From: Lama glama
Lineage: Eukaryota
Assembly: GCA_028534125.1 (NCBI GenBank)
Contig: CM052818.1
Span: forward strand, 10,728,001-10,792,000
Direction of reading: 5' to 3'
Length of the DNA stretch: 64,000 nt
Under the pieces are notes generated by a model, which worked only from the letters and a program-made list of their open reading frames with translations, was not told the DNA's origin and did no database searches. A program made the position numbers and the translations under genes. This document shows positions 51,901-64,000 of this stretch, in pieces; position 1 is the stretch's first letter; every line of letters begins with the position of its first letter.

Positions 51901-53374
51901 TTAAATCAATCCAACACAATAGTTCCTTTTTTTGCTTTACACAAACTCTCTTTCACCTTTTGATAAACTGTACCCCTGTGAGCCGTAGAATGTTTCAGAT
52001 TCCTACTCTTTTCTGTGTTGCAGCAATATTTTGAGGGCAGTGTAAAGCAGATTCATTTGGCAGAATGTTTTTATATGCATATCAATGCAAAGGTAGGATA
52101 TAATGATTTTGAGGATTAAAGGCTCTGTCCAAAACTTTGTAATGCGCTGTGAAATACTTGCAGTGCAAATTAGACTCCTGACCCGCTGAGGTCTCTCTGA
52201 GGTGTTCTATTTTAACCTGGTGCATGGAGCACAATAGCGATAAATCTTGAAGCAGATTAAGTAATTTCCCCATAGTGGTGTGTCTATTGGAGTTTCAAAT
52301 AACCCAGCAGAGGGATTCAAAGTCTTGATACATTTGGATATTCCAGACTGTATCCCCTCTGTGTAAAAAAAGTTTCTGGCAGGGCAGCATGCTGCACTTT
52401 GACCCCCTTGTAAGAGTATAAATGGATGTCCTACTGAGTTGAGTGAATGCTAATTATTTTGCCGCTCCTGAATCTTAAAAAAAAAAAAAGAAAGAAAGAC
52501 CAAGAAGAAAAGATGGCCCATTTGCATGCTTAAAATATGCCAAGGATTGGGTGTAACGGAAGCTTGAGACATTATGACACTCTCAGGTCTCAGGATGCCA
52601 CTGGGAATTTGATTTACTTTTCTATTTTGCTTGAAGATATTCCAGTTTGGCCTGGGTGATTTTGGCTAGAAGAAGCCTCAGAGACTCACCTGAGAAGGCG
52701 TTCATGAGCATCAACACCCTAGGGCTGCCTGAAAAGCGTGTGCAAAGCTCAGAGCTGGGACTCACGATAGTGGTGCCTCCCCTGGGAGCCATCTTGAATT
52801 CAGCACTGTGGGAGGGGAGAAAGTTCTCATTGTGTCTTCTCAGTGCCAACACCTTTGTGAGGTAAAGGTCAGATCTACATAATGAAACAAAAGCAGGGCC
52901 AGGTCAGGGAGAAAGGGAGTTGTTTAATCCAGGAGGCCAATAAACTTTGGAGATTTGATTGAAAACCCAAATGCTTCCCTAGGAATAAGCATCTAATTAG
53001 TATGGAAAATCTAAATGTGCCCTTGACTTTTTTGTTCCTTTCTACAAATGACAAATCCTCTCATTAAACCCATTTTAAAAAGCAGAATCTATTGGCTTGA
53101 TCAGAACAGTATATGGCCAGCTTATTTCTCTGCTCCTTTGAAGACAAGAGCTGTGGGCAATACTGTTACTAGAGGGCAAGAGCATTTGGCAAAATCATGC
53201 TGACAGCATTAAGAAGAACAAACACGTACAGCCTGAGAGACCACCCCTCTGGGAGCTGCACCTGCTCTGCTTCCCAGATCAAACTTCAGGATCTTTCTAG
53301 TGGCCAATCTATTGGAAGGAAGCAGGAGGGGCAGGGTGGCTGTGCAGCCCAAGCAAAGAGGAGATGTGCTGCCT

Positions 53375-53520
53375 GTATGTGTGGACAATTGTATGCCCAT
53401 GTGTGGTTTGGGAGCGTGCATATGTGTGAGTGGATGTGCACATGCAATTGTATGGGAGCATGTATACACATAGACAACTATGTGTGTGTGAGATGAGTGT
53501 GCAGGGTGTGTGTATGTCTG
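53375..53520. repeat. Degenerate (TG)n low-complexity tract
   Basis: Direct reading. Confidence 0.75.
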
Positions 53521-53849
53521 TCCAAAAAAATTATATACACAACCCATGACTTGATAAAATAATGGGTCCATTTTCCTCCCTCTGCCTCTCCTACAGTCTC
53601 TGACTCCTTGCTCTTAGTTATTGCAGTTTGTCACCATGAAAAATAAGAAAAAGAAGAGCTTACTGATTCTTAACGGTGATACGATGAAAATACAATTATT
53701 CTTTTTTTGGTTTTTGATGAGGCACAACATAGAACACATTCTTGATTTAGATTTCTGTCATATTTGTTCACTTGGTGACCTAAATGACTATTAGTTATTT
53801 GACCTGAATATAACTCATTGTTTCTTTCACTAAAAAGTGATTCCCACTT

Positions 53850-54675
53850 ATTGCTATTACAGTGAATGGAACTATCAAGTGTTCAGTTGCCCCAACCAGA
53901 ATGTGGAAGACATGCTTCCCCTCCTAGCTCTTCCTTACCTCCTCCCTCCTCCTGCTCCATCGCCAGGCTCTGTCAGCTTGACTCTTAAATATCTCTTCAA
54001 TTATCCCCATTGTTATTGCCCACATCTTCATCTCTCACCTTGTTTTAGTTTTAACTGGTCTCCCTTTCTCCTCCAGCCTTACCCTTTTCTCCTCCAAGTG
54101 CTAGCCAGATTGATCTTACAAATTTTAAGTTTGATTAGCTCACTTCTCTGTTTAATGACCATTAATGACTCAGAATGCCCTCAGGAGGAAGTTCAAAGTT
54201 GTTGCCTCCATCCACAGGCCTTTCATGGCATGGCCTCTGCCAGCTTTTCAGTCTCCTCTCACTTCACAGCCCACATTCCGGTCTGCATGATCTTATTTTG
54301 TTTCTTCAGTGCACTGTCTTACCTTTCACGTCCAAGTTTTCACACATGCCTTGTCCTTGGCCTAATACCTAATAGTAAGTTCTTCTTTCCAACTCTGTTA
54401 TCTTTATATGCCTAAACCATTTTATCTTCCAAGTCTCAGCTTATGTATCCGTTTGTCTGGAAGCCTTCTATGATTGCTCCCCTCTCAGGTTGCTGATATC
54501 TCTGTACTTCTGTTAGAGTACTTATCACAAATCGTTAAACAGTCCATGGTTCCCTACATAAGCTCCCTGAGATTAGGGACCAAGTATATATAAATGTTAT
54601 CTCTCCAGGTGTTACTCCCATGCCCCTTATTTAGGATGTGCCCAAATAAATGTGTGTTGAATAAATGAATGCATA
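53850..54675 (+). mobile_element. L2 LINE 3' portion
   Basis: 'gctagccagattgatcttacaaat', 'tcttccaagtctcagctta', ends 'aaataaatgtgtgttgaataaatgaatg'. Confidence 0.8.
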
Positions 54676-56696
54676 AATGTCAGTGACTTATTATATGACC
54701 TCGAATAAGTCACTCTTCTTATTTGGGACACTATTTTCTTCATGAGTAGCATGAGAACACTGAATTAAAATGGCATGAAGGTGGCTTCCAGTTTTAAAGT
54801 TATATGAGTTTAATTTTATGTTTGTTGACACAGAAGAAATGGATAGATATTTCAAAGTAGCTGTGAATGAGTGATATGTTTCTATTTTTGATTTGGACTT
54901 GTACATTTAAAAAGTTTGTAGTCTTGTTCACACCTGGATCAGTATGCTTTACCTCATGATAAATATCTTCCTAATGCAGTCAATAAATGGGCACATTAAT
55001 GCCCAAGATCAAGAAGAGTTTGCACCCTTACCATTTGAGGATTTGTGGGCTTTGTGGACATATGAAGGAAACTGCAAGAAATATGTTTTTCTTGAAGAAT
55101 TTGGGTTCAATCTAAAAGACAGCAAATGACTCAGAAGGAAATATGTTTTCATTCTTTATCCATGCTAATGAAATAGTTGTTTCAATGTAATGAACTCAAG
55201 ATGGGGGCTAGTCAGTTTTTCTCAACTACTTTGAATCTTTGGAAGTTCAGCCATCAATACTTATATGGTGGCTAAGTTTTTAGGTCTTTCATTTCATTTC
55301 TAAATGAGAAAATGTAGTGTTTTCTGGTGAGTCTACATATTATTCATGTGAGGAAGCAGTTGAGCTGAGATAGTAGTGCTGATGGCAAAAAGAAGTAACA
55401 AGGTATTTGTAAAATATGCAGAGAAGAAATTTTTGAGCTTCTTGCTCTCAGTTTTTGGATGATCCCAAAGGTAAGAAATGCACATAATCTACTGTCAGAG
55501 AGAGCCAGTTTGGGGGAACCATAATGCAAATCAACAGACATAGATACCACATTTCTTCCCCAGAGAAGCTAAGAAAAGGTCAAAGCTTTATACTTGGAGA
55601 ATGATCCAATTAAATACCAATATGAAGCCAGCATGCTATGTGCTCAAAAAACAAAGCTAGCTATGCATTCTTATCAGTGTCTCTTTGAAGACCCCCTCAA
55701 GCTTGACCCTGGTAGTCATTGTCTTTGCTCCTCCTCATTTAGGAATACAATCAACTTTCCAAGTTTTTTTGTCCTTGACTTTTCATTTTTTTTTTTTTAC
55801 CCTTTTCTGTCTTACTGTCTTATGTTTTAACATATCTGCTCTGTGGTGGTGTGGTACTGGAATTAAACACTGTACATCTAAGATTATTTTTCCAATTTAG
55901 TGCCTTTTGGGACAAGAATTTATTCCTTAGACTTCCTGCCAATCTGCAGTTGCTGGTAAATGATACACTGGTTTAAAGATCTGGATCATTTTAGATGGGG
56001 AAAGAAAACCACAAAAAATGATTTTGATCTGAGACTGAAATTCAGACAAAGGATTGGTGATGGTGTTTGAGTAGACATTGCATCAGTGTGGCTCTGTGTT
56101 AGACAGAAGTGCCAGCTTACAGCAAGCAGGAGAGAACTCAAGAACAAAATAAAATGAGGCCTACCTCTGCTTATTCAAGTACCACCCACAACTTTCTGGG
56201 AGAAGAACATATGCAGAGCATATTTGAAAACATTATAAGGCATGCATAAAGTACAATATTAGTCAATTTTATATGCTCAGTTGCATGAAATCTGTGTGTT
56301 TAAAAAATATAATAATTTGCATTTCATGGCTTTTGATAACCTCAGGAGTGCACTTGAAATTCAGCACATGCCCACAGCACCTCCCAGCTCACCCCATTTT
56401 TAACTGAAGACCAATGGTTTCTATTAAGGGATCAGGCAGGGCCTCTGACAAGCCAGTCAATAACTATGTGAGGTTACTTCATTAATGCTATAATGGCTGA
56501 TAGAGTGAGAGGCAAAAAACAGGTTCCTGACAGCAGCAAATGAAAATGATAGAGATTCCTGAAGCAATGCGCCTTTCCTTTGTCATTGTCTTTTGCTTCG
56601 CTTATTCAAAATGTGGCATTTATGTATTCAGTCTTGATGAATGTTGCAGGCTTTAAGTACTTTTTCCATCTCTAATGCAGTGCCGATTGCACATTG

Positions 56697-56728
<32 letters not shown>

Positions 56729-56758
56729 GTCCTCATCTCCCTCTCTCTCTTTTTTTCC
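56697..56758. repeat. (CT)n microsatellite
   Basis: Direct reading. Confidence 0.9.
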
Positions 56759-58116
56759 TATAACCTCTGCTGTCAAGGCACTGCTGAAGGGTTGCAGGCT
56801 CTGGCTAAATAGTTTTTGTGCTATAAATGGTGAAGGTGACGGGAGAATGCATCATAAGTGCTGGCAGGGTCACAGAGCAGAGAGGGTGGTGGGAGCTGGA
56901 CCCTGTGGCTAAAATGGTGCAAGTCCCCCTGGCCCTGCCATTCTCTTGCCTTTATTTGGAAATCAAGCAGAAATCTCCGAGGAAAGTAAATACTTCTCTG
57001 GAGTTCTGACAGGGATGCGATTGGGAGAGGGAAGCTCCCTGCAGGTGAATCAAGATAACAAGTCTCCTGACCATATTCAGAACTATGCAAAGGTCTGGCA
57101 AGGATGTGCTGACATGAGTGCCTGGCTTCCTGCGGTTGGAATCGTTTCCAGTTTCTAAGTGTCTTGATGGGCAAGGCTGCATTCTGATCCTTGAGGGGAC
57201 CAAGCGCTGTGTTTGAACAAGAAGAAATACAAGCTGACAGGTCTCTGGCGTCAGTGAGAAGGGGCTTTAGTGCAGCCAGAGCAGGAGGTGCAGGCATTTC
57301 CCTGATGCCTCTGGGTGTCTCCTTTGAGGAGGGTCATAGGCAGTCTAAGGATAGACGCGCAACGAAGCCAGAGTTGAGAGCTTCTTCTTGCCCATTCCGA
57401 TGTGGTTTTCTGTAGCATAAGCGGGCCAAATTGACAACAGCCCCTTGCACCTTTTGGGAGCATGAGGACCGTGAGCCATGTTGGAGGCGGAAATGTGATA
57501 AACCAACTGATAAATCTGTATATTTGAGTTTCAGCAGCCTTCACCAGGGAATTGGTCTGCTCTGTGGGGTGCTAGGCTTCAGCTGGCAGACTATCAGAGC
57601 AACATCCACATGGTCAGGGACAAGGCAGGCAGGAATGAAAAACGTGATGGCCTCAATTCTCTGTGGCTTCTCCCTACAAAACTTGAGTGGTGGAGGGACA
57701 TAGCCTCAGATTGCCACCATGTGTTTTAAGAACTGACTCAGATCCTTTGTGAAGGAGACTGTAACCGAATATAAACAAACCAATCAACCAACCCACAATT
57801 AAATGCATAATTATAGTCTGGACGCATAGGTGACTGCCTGGCCAGAAGCACCTTAAGGAGAAAGGACTGACCTTTGTTTCTTTGTGGTTCCATCACAGAA
57901 TGTGGTGATGTTCTTGCATCTTTGTTTACTACAGAGGGTCAGAGCAGTAGTTCTCACCTAAGTGAAGGTTGCGCTGGCCTATACTACGTAGTACTTTGTT
58001 CTGAGTAGTCTCAGTTACTTTGCTAATTACACGATTCCATAATCATTGTGTCTTTTTTCCCCATTGGTCTTTACCAATTACTTACATGGTAGATACTATT
58101 TTCTCTTTTTGGTAAA

Positions 58117-58382
58117 TGTTATGGGCTGAGTCACCCAAATTCATATGTTGAAGTTTTAACCTTCAGTAGCTCAGAATGTGACTGAATTCGAAGATAGGGT
58201 CTTTAAAGAAGAAATTAAGATAAAATGAGGTAATATGGGTCCTAATCAATGTGACAGGTTTTTTTATAAGAAGAGAAAATTAGGACAGAGACAGGTGTAG
58301 ACTGAAGACCATGTGAAGATGTATTCAGACTTCCAGCCTCCAGAATTGTGAAAAGATAAATTTCTCCTATTTAAGCCTCCAA
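58117..58382 (+). mobile_element. MLT1B-like MaLR LTR, internally deleted and 3'-truncated
   Basis: 'tgttatgggctgag...aaattcatatgttgaagttttaacc...cagaatgtgact', 'gacttccagcctccagaattgtga...ataaatttct'. Confidence 0.85.
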
Positions 58383-58870
58383 TCCCCTATTACCTGTCCC
58401 CAGTGATCAGCATGTTAATGAAATGAGTGCGTTCTCTGAACCCACGTTTTTGATTTTTCTTTTAAGTTAGGGATCCATAAATAACATGTCGAATTAAACT
58501 GAGTCATTTGAGAAGTTCACATACATAAAAGTTTCATATTGCTGTGATGTTCTGTAAAGTACTTTACTTCACTCTGCATTATAGTGTTAACATGTTTTGG
58601 TAAATATAGAAAACAATCTGTTCATTTTAAGTGCTACATAGTACTCCCTGTATAATTATCCCACCATTCATTTATCTTTTCCCCTACTGAAAGAATTTGA
58701 ATTATTTCTATGTTTTTACAATAATGAACAGTGCTGCCATGAACATCCTTATAGGCGTTTTCTGAAGCACAGTGTGAGAGCCCTCTAAGCCATATTCCCA
58801 AAATAGAAAGTAACTGGATCATAGCATATATGTATTTTCACCTTAACTATTATGTATTTTCAAATTGCTT
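58383..58870 (-). mobile_element. Old L1M 3'UTR fragment
   Basis: 'catagtactccctgtataattatcccaccattcatttatc', 'aatgaacagtgctgccatgaacatcctt'. Confidence 0.6.
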
Positions 58871-58889
58871 AACAACCATGATCACAATG

Positions 58890-59095
58890 TCTGGTATTTA
58901 TTGAGCCCTTGTCAAATACCAGTTGTTTTAGGTCTTATTTAATCTTTACAGTAGGTGTATGAAGTTGGCATAGTCACTATCACCTGCATTTGGCAGATTA
59001 GGAAACTGAAGTTTAAAATGATTGAGTAACTTGCTTAAGTCCAGACAACTATCGAGTGATTAAACAAGGATTAGAATGTATCTGATAATCACATA
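58890..59095 (-). mobile_element. MIR SINE
   Basis: 'gcagattaggaaactgaagtttaaaatgattgagtaacttgcttaagtcc'. Confidence 0.75.
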
Positions 59096-59097
59096 CA

Positions 59098-59530
59098 GTG
59101 TTAGTTTGGGTTTCCTCCAAAGCAGACCCTGGGACAAAGGACTTGGGTGCAGGTAGTTTATTTAGGAGTTGATCCCAGAAAGCACATGTGAGGTTATAGG
59201 AAGAGTCAGACCAGGTTAGGGGAGTCAGTACAGGGTATAGTAATGAGGAGATCATCACTGTGGGGAATTGGGGCTCCTCTGAGAGTTAGTGCACCTTAGA
59301 GTTATCTCATCTAGTTATGGGGAACCTGTGGGTATTCACCCTCTAACTCCCATTGCTCCTTGATTGGGTTTTGGACTGCTCTGCATAAGGACTGACCAGG
59401 CTCCCCCAGGCCAGAGAAAGCCTTCAATCAGAAAAGTAGAGAGACATGGGTCCCTGAGAGTATCCACCATGGCTGCAGGGAAACTCAGAGGTGGGCCACC
59501 TGGATGGGAAGTGGCATCAACACCCACCCT
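59098..59530 (-). mobile_element. LTR16-family ERVL solo LTR
   Basis: 'ttagtttgggtttcctccaaagcagaccctgggacaaaggacttgggtgcaggtagtttatttaggagttgatcccagaaagca'. Confidence 0.8.
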
Positions 59531-59961
59531 GCCTCTAGCTACACTGCCACCTGCTAAAGCAGGAGAAATCTCCATACTAGCTTCTCCCTCTCATGACCTT
59601 AGGAGAAGCAACTGCATTTTAATCTCTGCATGGTGGGATTGATTTATAATTGATGAGACTTTCCCTACAGAAGTTGATGCACAGTATTACACTTCACCAA
59701 AATTGTCTAACTTGCTATGTGTTGGATATTTTCTGTCATGTTTATTCATTCTTGGTTTTAATTACTTTGTATGTGATAACAAGGCTCATCACGCACTTTT
59801 GATAAAGTGGAGAAAATGTCAATTTCCTCACTGCTTTCTTGTGAAACACATAAAATAAAACTCATCTCTAACCCTGGAGTGGTTACTATGTATAAGGATG
59901 CACTTTACACTCTAAAAAAGCTTCAGTAAAGTCATGGATGTAAAACTGGCCCATGGATAAA

Positions 59962-60075
59962 TTTCTTTCCTTTTCCTTTTCCTTTTCCTTTTCCTTTTCC
60001 TTTTCCTTTTTCTTTCTCTTTTTCTTTTTCTTTTTCTTTTTCTTTTCTCTCTCTCTTTCTTTCCTTTCTTTCTTC

Positions 60076-60122
<47 letters not shown>

Positions 60123-60225
60123 TCCTTTTCTTTTCTTTTCTTTTCTTTTTTCTTTCTTTCTCTCGCTCTTTCTCTTTCTTTCTTTCCTTCCTTCCTTTCT
60201 TCCTTTCTTCCTTTCCTCCTTTCCT
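59962..60225. repeat. 264-bp compound polypyrimidine tract: (TTTTCC)n, (TTTTTC)n, (CT)n, (CTTT)n, (CCTT)n
   Basis: Direct reading; the only purine is G at 60165. Confidence 0.97.
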
Positions 60226-60289
60226 ACCAAAAATCAGAGTGAAAACAAGGCAATGTGTTTAAAAGAACTAAAAACAGTCACTTAGATTT

Positions 60290-60510
60290 GTATAGTACTT
60301 TGGGTCTTCAAAGTATTTTCATGTTACTTCACCAGAACTACCTGGTAAAAAAGTAAACTACCTGTAAGAATGTACTGAGGTCTCATTATTTCCTCTTACA
60401 GATATAAAAATAAAAGCTCGAAGTGGTGAAAAGGCTTTGCCAGGGTTACACAGTGAATTGGTGACCATGGTTTAATTTGAGCTCTGGACTGCTGAAATCC
60501 TATGCTTGTT
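60290..60510 (-). mobile_element. MIR SINE
   Basis: 'ttacagatataaaaataaaagctcgaagtggtgaaaaggctttgccagggttacacag'. Confidence 0.55.
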
Positions 60511-61289
60511 CAACAACATCAGGTTTTAAATATGTAGTTCAAAGACAACCTGCGTCAAAACGGCTAGCTCACTTTTTGAATGGCCAAGTCTTGGGCCGTA
60601 GATCAGGGGATAGCTATCTGATACAACTGCCTGGATACCCGTATGCAGAGGTGCAAGACCTTTTGCTGAGCACATGCGTTGACCCTTGGATGTCATGCTG
60701 GTCATGATATTCTCACCACCCCAGAGGTGGTCTGGGGAGCATGCAAGCCACCCACGAGCCACTATCCAGGCTCAGGAAGTGTCTTCACATGGCCAGACAG
60801 CCCTGCGTTTCACAGCAGAATGTTTCTGTGCCCACCCATAGTGGTCATCATCATGTGGATGTGAAGAAGCCAGAATTGCTCCAGGAGAAAGAACCTATTT
60901 GTGGTCATCCTTTCTTTGCCAATAATATTTTTAAACAAAACAGATTTACCCTCAGACATACAGACAGGCTGATTCATGCAATCTGGATAACCTTCTACTT
61001 TTTTGTGTGTGTCTCTTAAAAATTAACAAATGAGTCCCAACAGCATGTCTGCAAATTTAAAGAATGACTTATGACATTGATGAAGTGTCACTTAAGCGAG
61101 TTTTAAACACTTCCTGTAAATCTTCTAGTGTTTTAAGAGGCCAAACTATTCAGTTTTATTTTCTCTGCTTATCAAAATGAACTGTGGTTAACATGTTCTT
61201 TACAACCTTTTGGGGTAGCCTGAACCGATTTCTGCACCATCAAAATGAACCGGAGATGAGATACTCATCACCCTCCCTTGATTTCCAGG

Positions 61290-62050
61290 AATATTGCCAG
61301 AGGCCATGGCAGCTGTCCAGTTGGGAGATGATAGGGGTTTAGACATTGATGTGGCAGTGGGGGTGGTCAGAAGGAATTTGATCCATATACATTTTGGAAG
61401 TAACGCCAACAGGATTTCCTGATGGATTGAGTGTGAGGCATAAGAGAAAGAGAAGGATCAAGGATGACTCCCAAGTTTTCTCCCTGAGCCACTGAAATGA
61501 TGAAATTGCAATAAATTGAGATGAAAGAGGCTGTGGATGGTGCAAGTTTTGTGAGTAAGATCAGTTTGGGACATTTTATGTTTGAGACAGCTCCTTGACA
61601 TCCAGATGGAGATGTCAGGTAAACTCCTGGATATATGAGTCTGGACTTTGGGGGATGAGTCTGGACTGAAGATATAAATTTGGGAATCATCAGTGTATAA
61701 TTCAAATCTAAAGCTATAGAACCAGAACTCACTGAGAGAGTTGTAGATTGAAGAGAGGAATCAGGACTAAACCCTGGGTTACTTAGTAGAGGTCAGGAAG
61801 AAGACCAGTCAGCAATGTTGACTTGCAAGAAACAAACAGGGGGAGGTATGATATTTTGAATGTGGAGGAATAATGGATATCGAGGCAGAAAAAATGACCT
61901 CCTGTCAAATTCTGCTAATAATTGACCGCTGGATTTAGTACTATGAAAGTCACATGTGACATTTATAAGAGTAGTCTCTATGGATGAGAGAGACAAACGC
62001 CAGCTTGGAATTTGCTGGAGAGATGAGGGAGGAGACGAACTGGTGTCTGC
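61290..62050 (-). mobile_element. L2 LINE internal/3' portion
   Basis: 'atcaaggatgactcccaagttttctccctgagccactgaa', 'gacatccagatggagatgtcagg', 'gatataaatttgggaatcatcag'. Confidence 0.85.
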
Positions 62051-62118
62051 ATTAACTTGCTTCCCATGTAGCATCTCACACCATTAACTCCAGAGAGTTG
62101 CCTCACCATTATGCTAGT

Positions 62119-62350
62119 CCAGCATCTTGGGCACATGGTCCTAAGACCACAGATTTAACCAGTTGAATAAAATGCCAACAACCTGCAGAGGGCTCAGAAT
62201 GACCAGTTTTCACAGCCTGACGACTTGTAGCCAGCATCTTGGGCACATGGTCCTAAGACCACAGATTTAACCAGTTGAATAAAATGCCAACAACCTGCAG
62301 AGGACTCAGAATGACCAGTTTTCACAGCCTGACGACTTGTAGCCAGCATC
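62119..62350. repeat. Tandem duplication, 2 x 112 bp plus an 8-bp terminal repeat
   Basis: CCAGCATC starts at 62119, 62231 and 62343; the copies differ only at 62192 (G) vs 62304 (A). Confidence 0.97.
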
Positions 62351-63397
62351 CAGAAGTGCTTCCCTCTGTTGTGGGGACGATGATTATAATTGCTCCCAAA
62401 ATAGCCTATTCGGCACCCAGCACAGTGCCTCATACATAGTAAGTATTTAATAGCTTTTTTTGTGGTCTGAATGGATTTGTAAGAGAATGAATGTGCTTGG
62501 GTATATTTGGAGCAAATTATCTATGTTTGGTCAATTTTCTTTTTCAAATAAAAGATCTACAAATGATTGCTAGCAAAAATAAATAAATAAAGCCAGAGTG
62601 GAAAAAAAAATCTGTTTGAGACAAACACATTGTGTCCTGAAAGATCTATTCTGTCCTGCCAGCAGTCTCATTGGCTGTGATTTGTATATTAAGAAGATTT
62701 TAATTGCTCAGGTAAGTGCCTGCACCTGCTAAGACATTGTGTATTAGAGCACTTTATTCTAATCTTTTACAATACAGGGCACACTTCACCCATAAAATTA
62801 TTCTCTGCACAATTATCACTCTGTTTTGCTGAGGTAAAGTGCAACTTAACACTTTGGGTTTCACTCATTATTATTAAAATCATGGAAATTAGGATCATTG
62901 GGTAAAGCTTGTGCTGTTAACTGCTGAATTGCCCCTGTCCTTTCTGCTCCTCTTTTGCTTGCACCAGTGAGCAGGATTTGAGTGAGTTTGTAGTTATCTG
63001 CAAGCATGGTTGGGCTGGATTGTTTTCAACACAAAAGGTGTTATAAACCCCCAGCAGAGCTTTTTCTTCTGGAGCTCAGGGAACATATGAGCTAGCTGGT
63101 TTTCTTCTTTATTTAAATTATTTTTTCTAATTAGAAAAGAATTGCAAAAGGAAAATTAAAAATAATTCTGTGTAGAAAGTATTAGAAAATGAAGAAAATA
63201 CAGGGAAAAAACAATAAAATATTCATAACCAATCATTATTCATGTGATTTTGCTACACTTTGTTCTCATCTATACATAAATAGAATACCTAAAGCACAAA
63301 CACACACTCTCACACATCCACAGAAGCACCCAGTTTCCAGGTTGGAATATAAGCAAAAGAGTGGTTAACATTTTTCTTTTCCTAAGATAAACTACAG

Positions 63398-63602
63398 CAG
63401 GGGTTGGTAAACTATAGCTTGCAGGCCAGGGCCTGCCTGTTGTCATTAATAAAGTTTTATTGAGCACGGCCATGTCCCTTTGTTTATGTATAGTCTGTGG
63501 CTGCTTTCATGCTACAACAGTAGGTGGAGTTGAGTAGTCACAATAGAGACCATATGGCCCACAAAGCCTAAAATGTATACAGAAAAAAGCCTGTTGACCC
63601 TG
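63398..63602 (+). mobile_element. MER58A hAT-Charlie MITE with 8-bp TSD
   Basis: 'caggggttggtaaacta...aataaagttttattgagcac...gagaccatatggcccacaaagcctaaaat...gaccctg'; flanks aactacag (63390-63397) and aattacag (63603-63610). Confidence 0.9.
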
Positions 63603-63921
63603 AATTACAGTAGCAACATTTTGCCACACATCTTGCACTGACAACCAGGTGCCTTGTTCTGATGTTAGCAATGTCACTGCAGTGTCACTTCAGTGATTGC
63701 ATTATCAATTTATTTGATGGCCAGCACTTAGATATTGTGTCCTACTTGTGGTCTGGTTTGACCTAGCTCATCGGTATTACATACCCACTTCATGGTGGTG
63801 CCTCATTTCTTCACACATTTTTATCCCACTTTCATGAGGTTTGGCAGCACCCTGACTGCCTGTGCTTCCAACAGTGGTAATCTAGAGGCGATCCTAGACT
63901 CTGCCTTCTCCTTTTCCTAAA

Positions 63922-64000
63922 CACTGGTTATCAAACTGCAGTGTGCCTTAATGTGCACCCCAACAGATCCTGAGTCAGAGGATCTGGGAAGGGGCCTGGG
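63922..64000 (+). mobile_element. MER5-like fragment running off the window end
   Basis: 'cactggttatcaaactgcagtgtgc...gagtcagaggatctgggaaggggcctggg'. Confidence 0.45.

Noticed and set aside
53837..54415. 192-aa ORF
   Set aside because: Lies within a decayed L2; L/P/S-rich composition follows from the C/T-rich repeat
56821..57297. 158-aa minus-strand ORF
   Set aside because: No recognisable homology; many overlapping ORFs here reflect higher GC and fewer stops
59886..60285. K/E/R-rich and F/S/L-rich ORFs on opposite strands
   Set aside because: Translation of the polypyrimidine microsatellite
62119..62350. CRISPR-like repeat-spacer reading of the three CCAGCATC words
   Set aside because: The intervening segments are copies of each other, the repeat is only 8 bp, and the DNA is mammalian

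Overview
AT-rich, CpG-depleted eutherian mammal DNA, either intronic or intergenic. I recognise no intact protein-coding exon, RNA gene or CpG island. A large part of the window is old interspersed repeats (L1M, L2, MIR, MLT1/LTR16 LTRs, MER2/MER5/MER33/MER58 DNA transposons), plus microsatellites. Repeat names come from my recall of consensus sequences, so subfamily labels and boundaries are approximate. Best-supported specific features: (1) a decayed, intronless OTUB1 processed pseudogene (minus strand, about 22733-23305) sitting where the RT region of an old L1 ORF2 is missing; (2) a younger cetartiodactyl-type L1 with a twin-priming 5' inversion (44295-45259); (3) a near-perfect 112-bp tandem duplication bounded by 8-bp microhomology (62119-62350); (4) a 264-bp polypyrimidine tract. 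The young L1 3'UTR together with the lack of recognisable lineage-specific SINEs suggests a camelid-like host (inference). Several repeat-poor blocks hold candidate regulatory motifs and candidate plus-strand exons, all low confidence. I find no convincing evidence of a new biological system.
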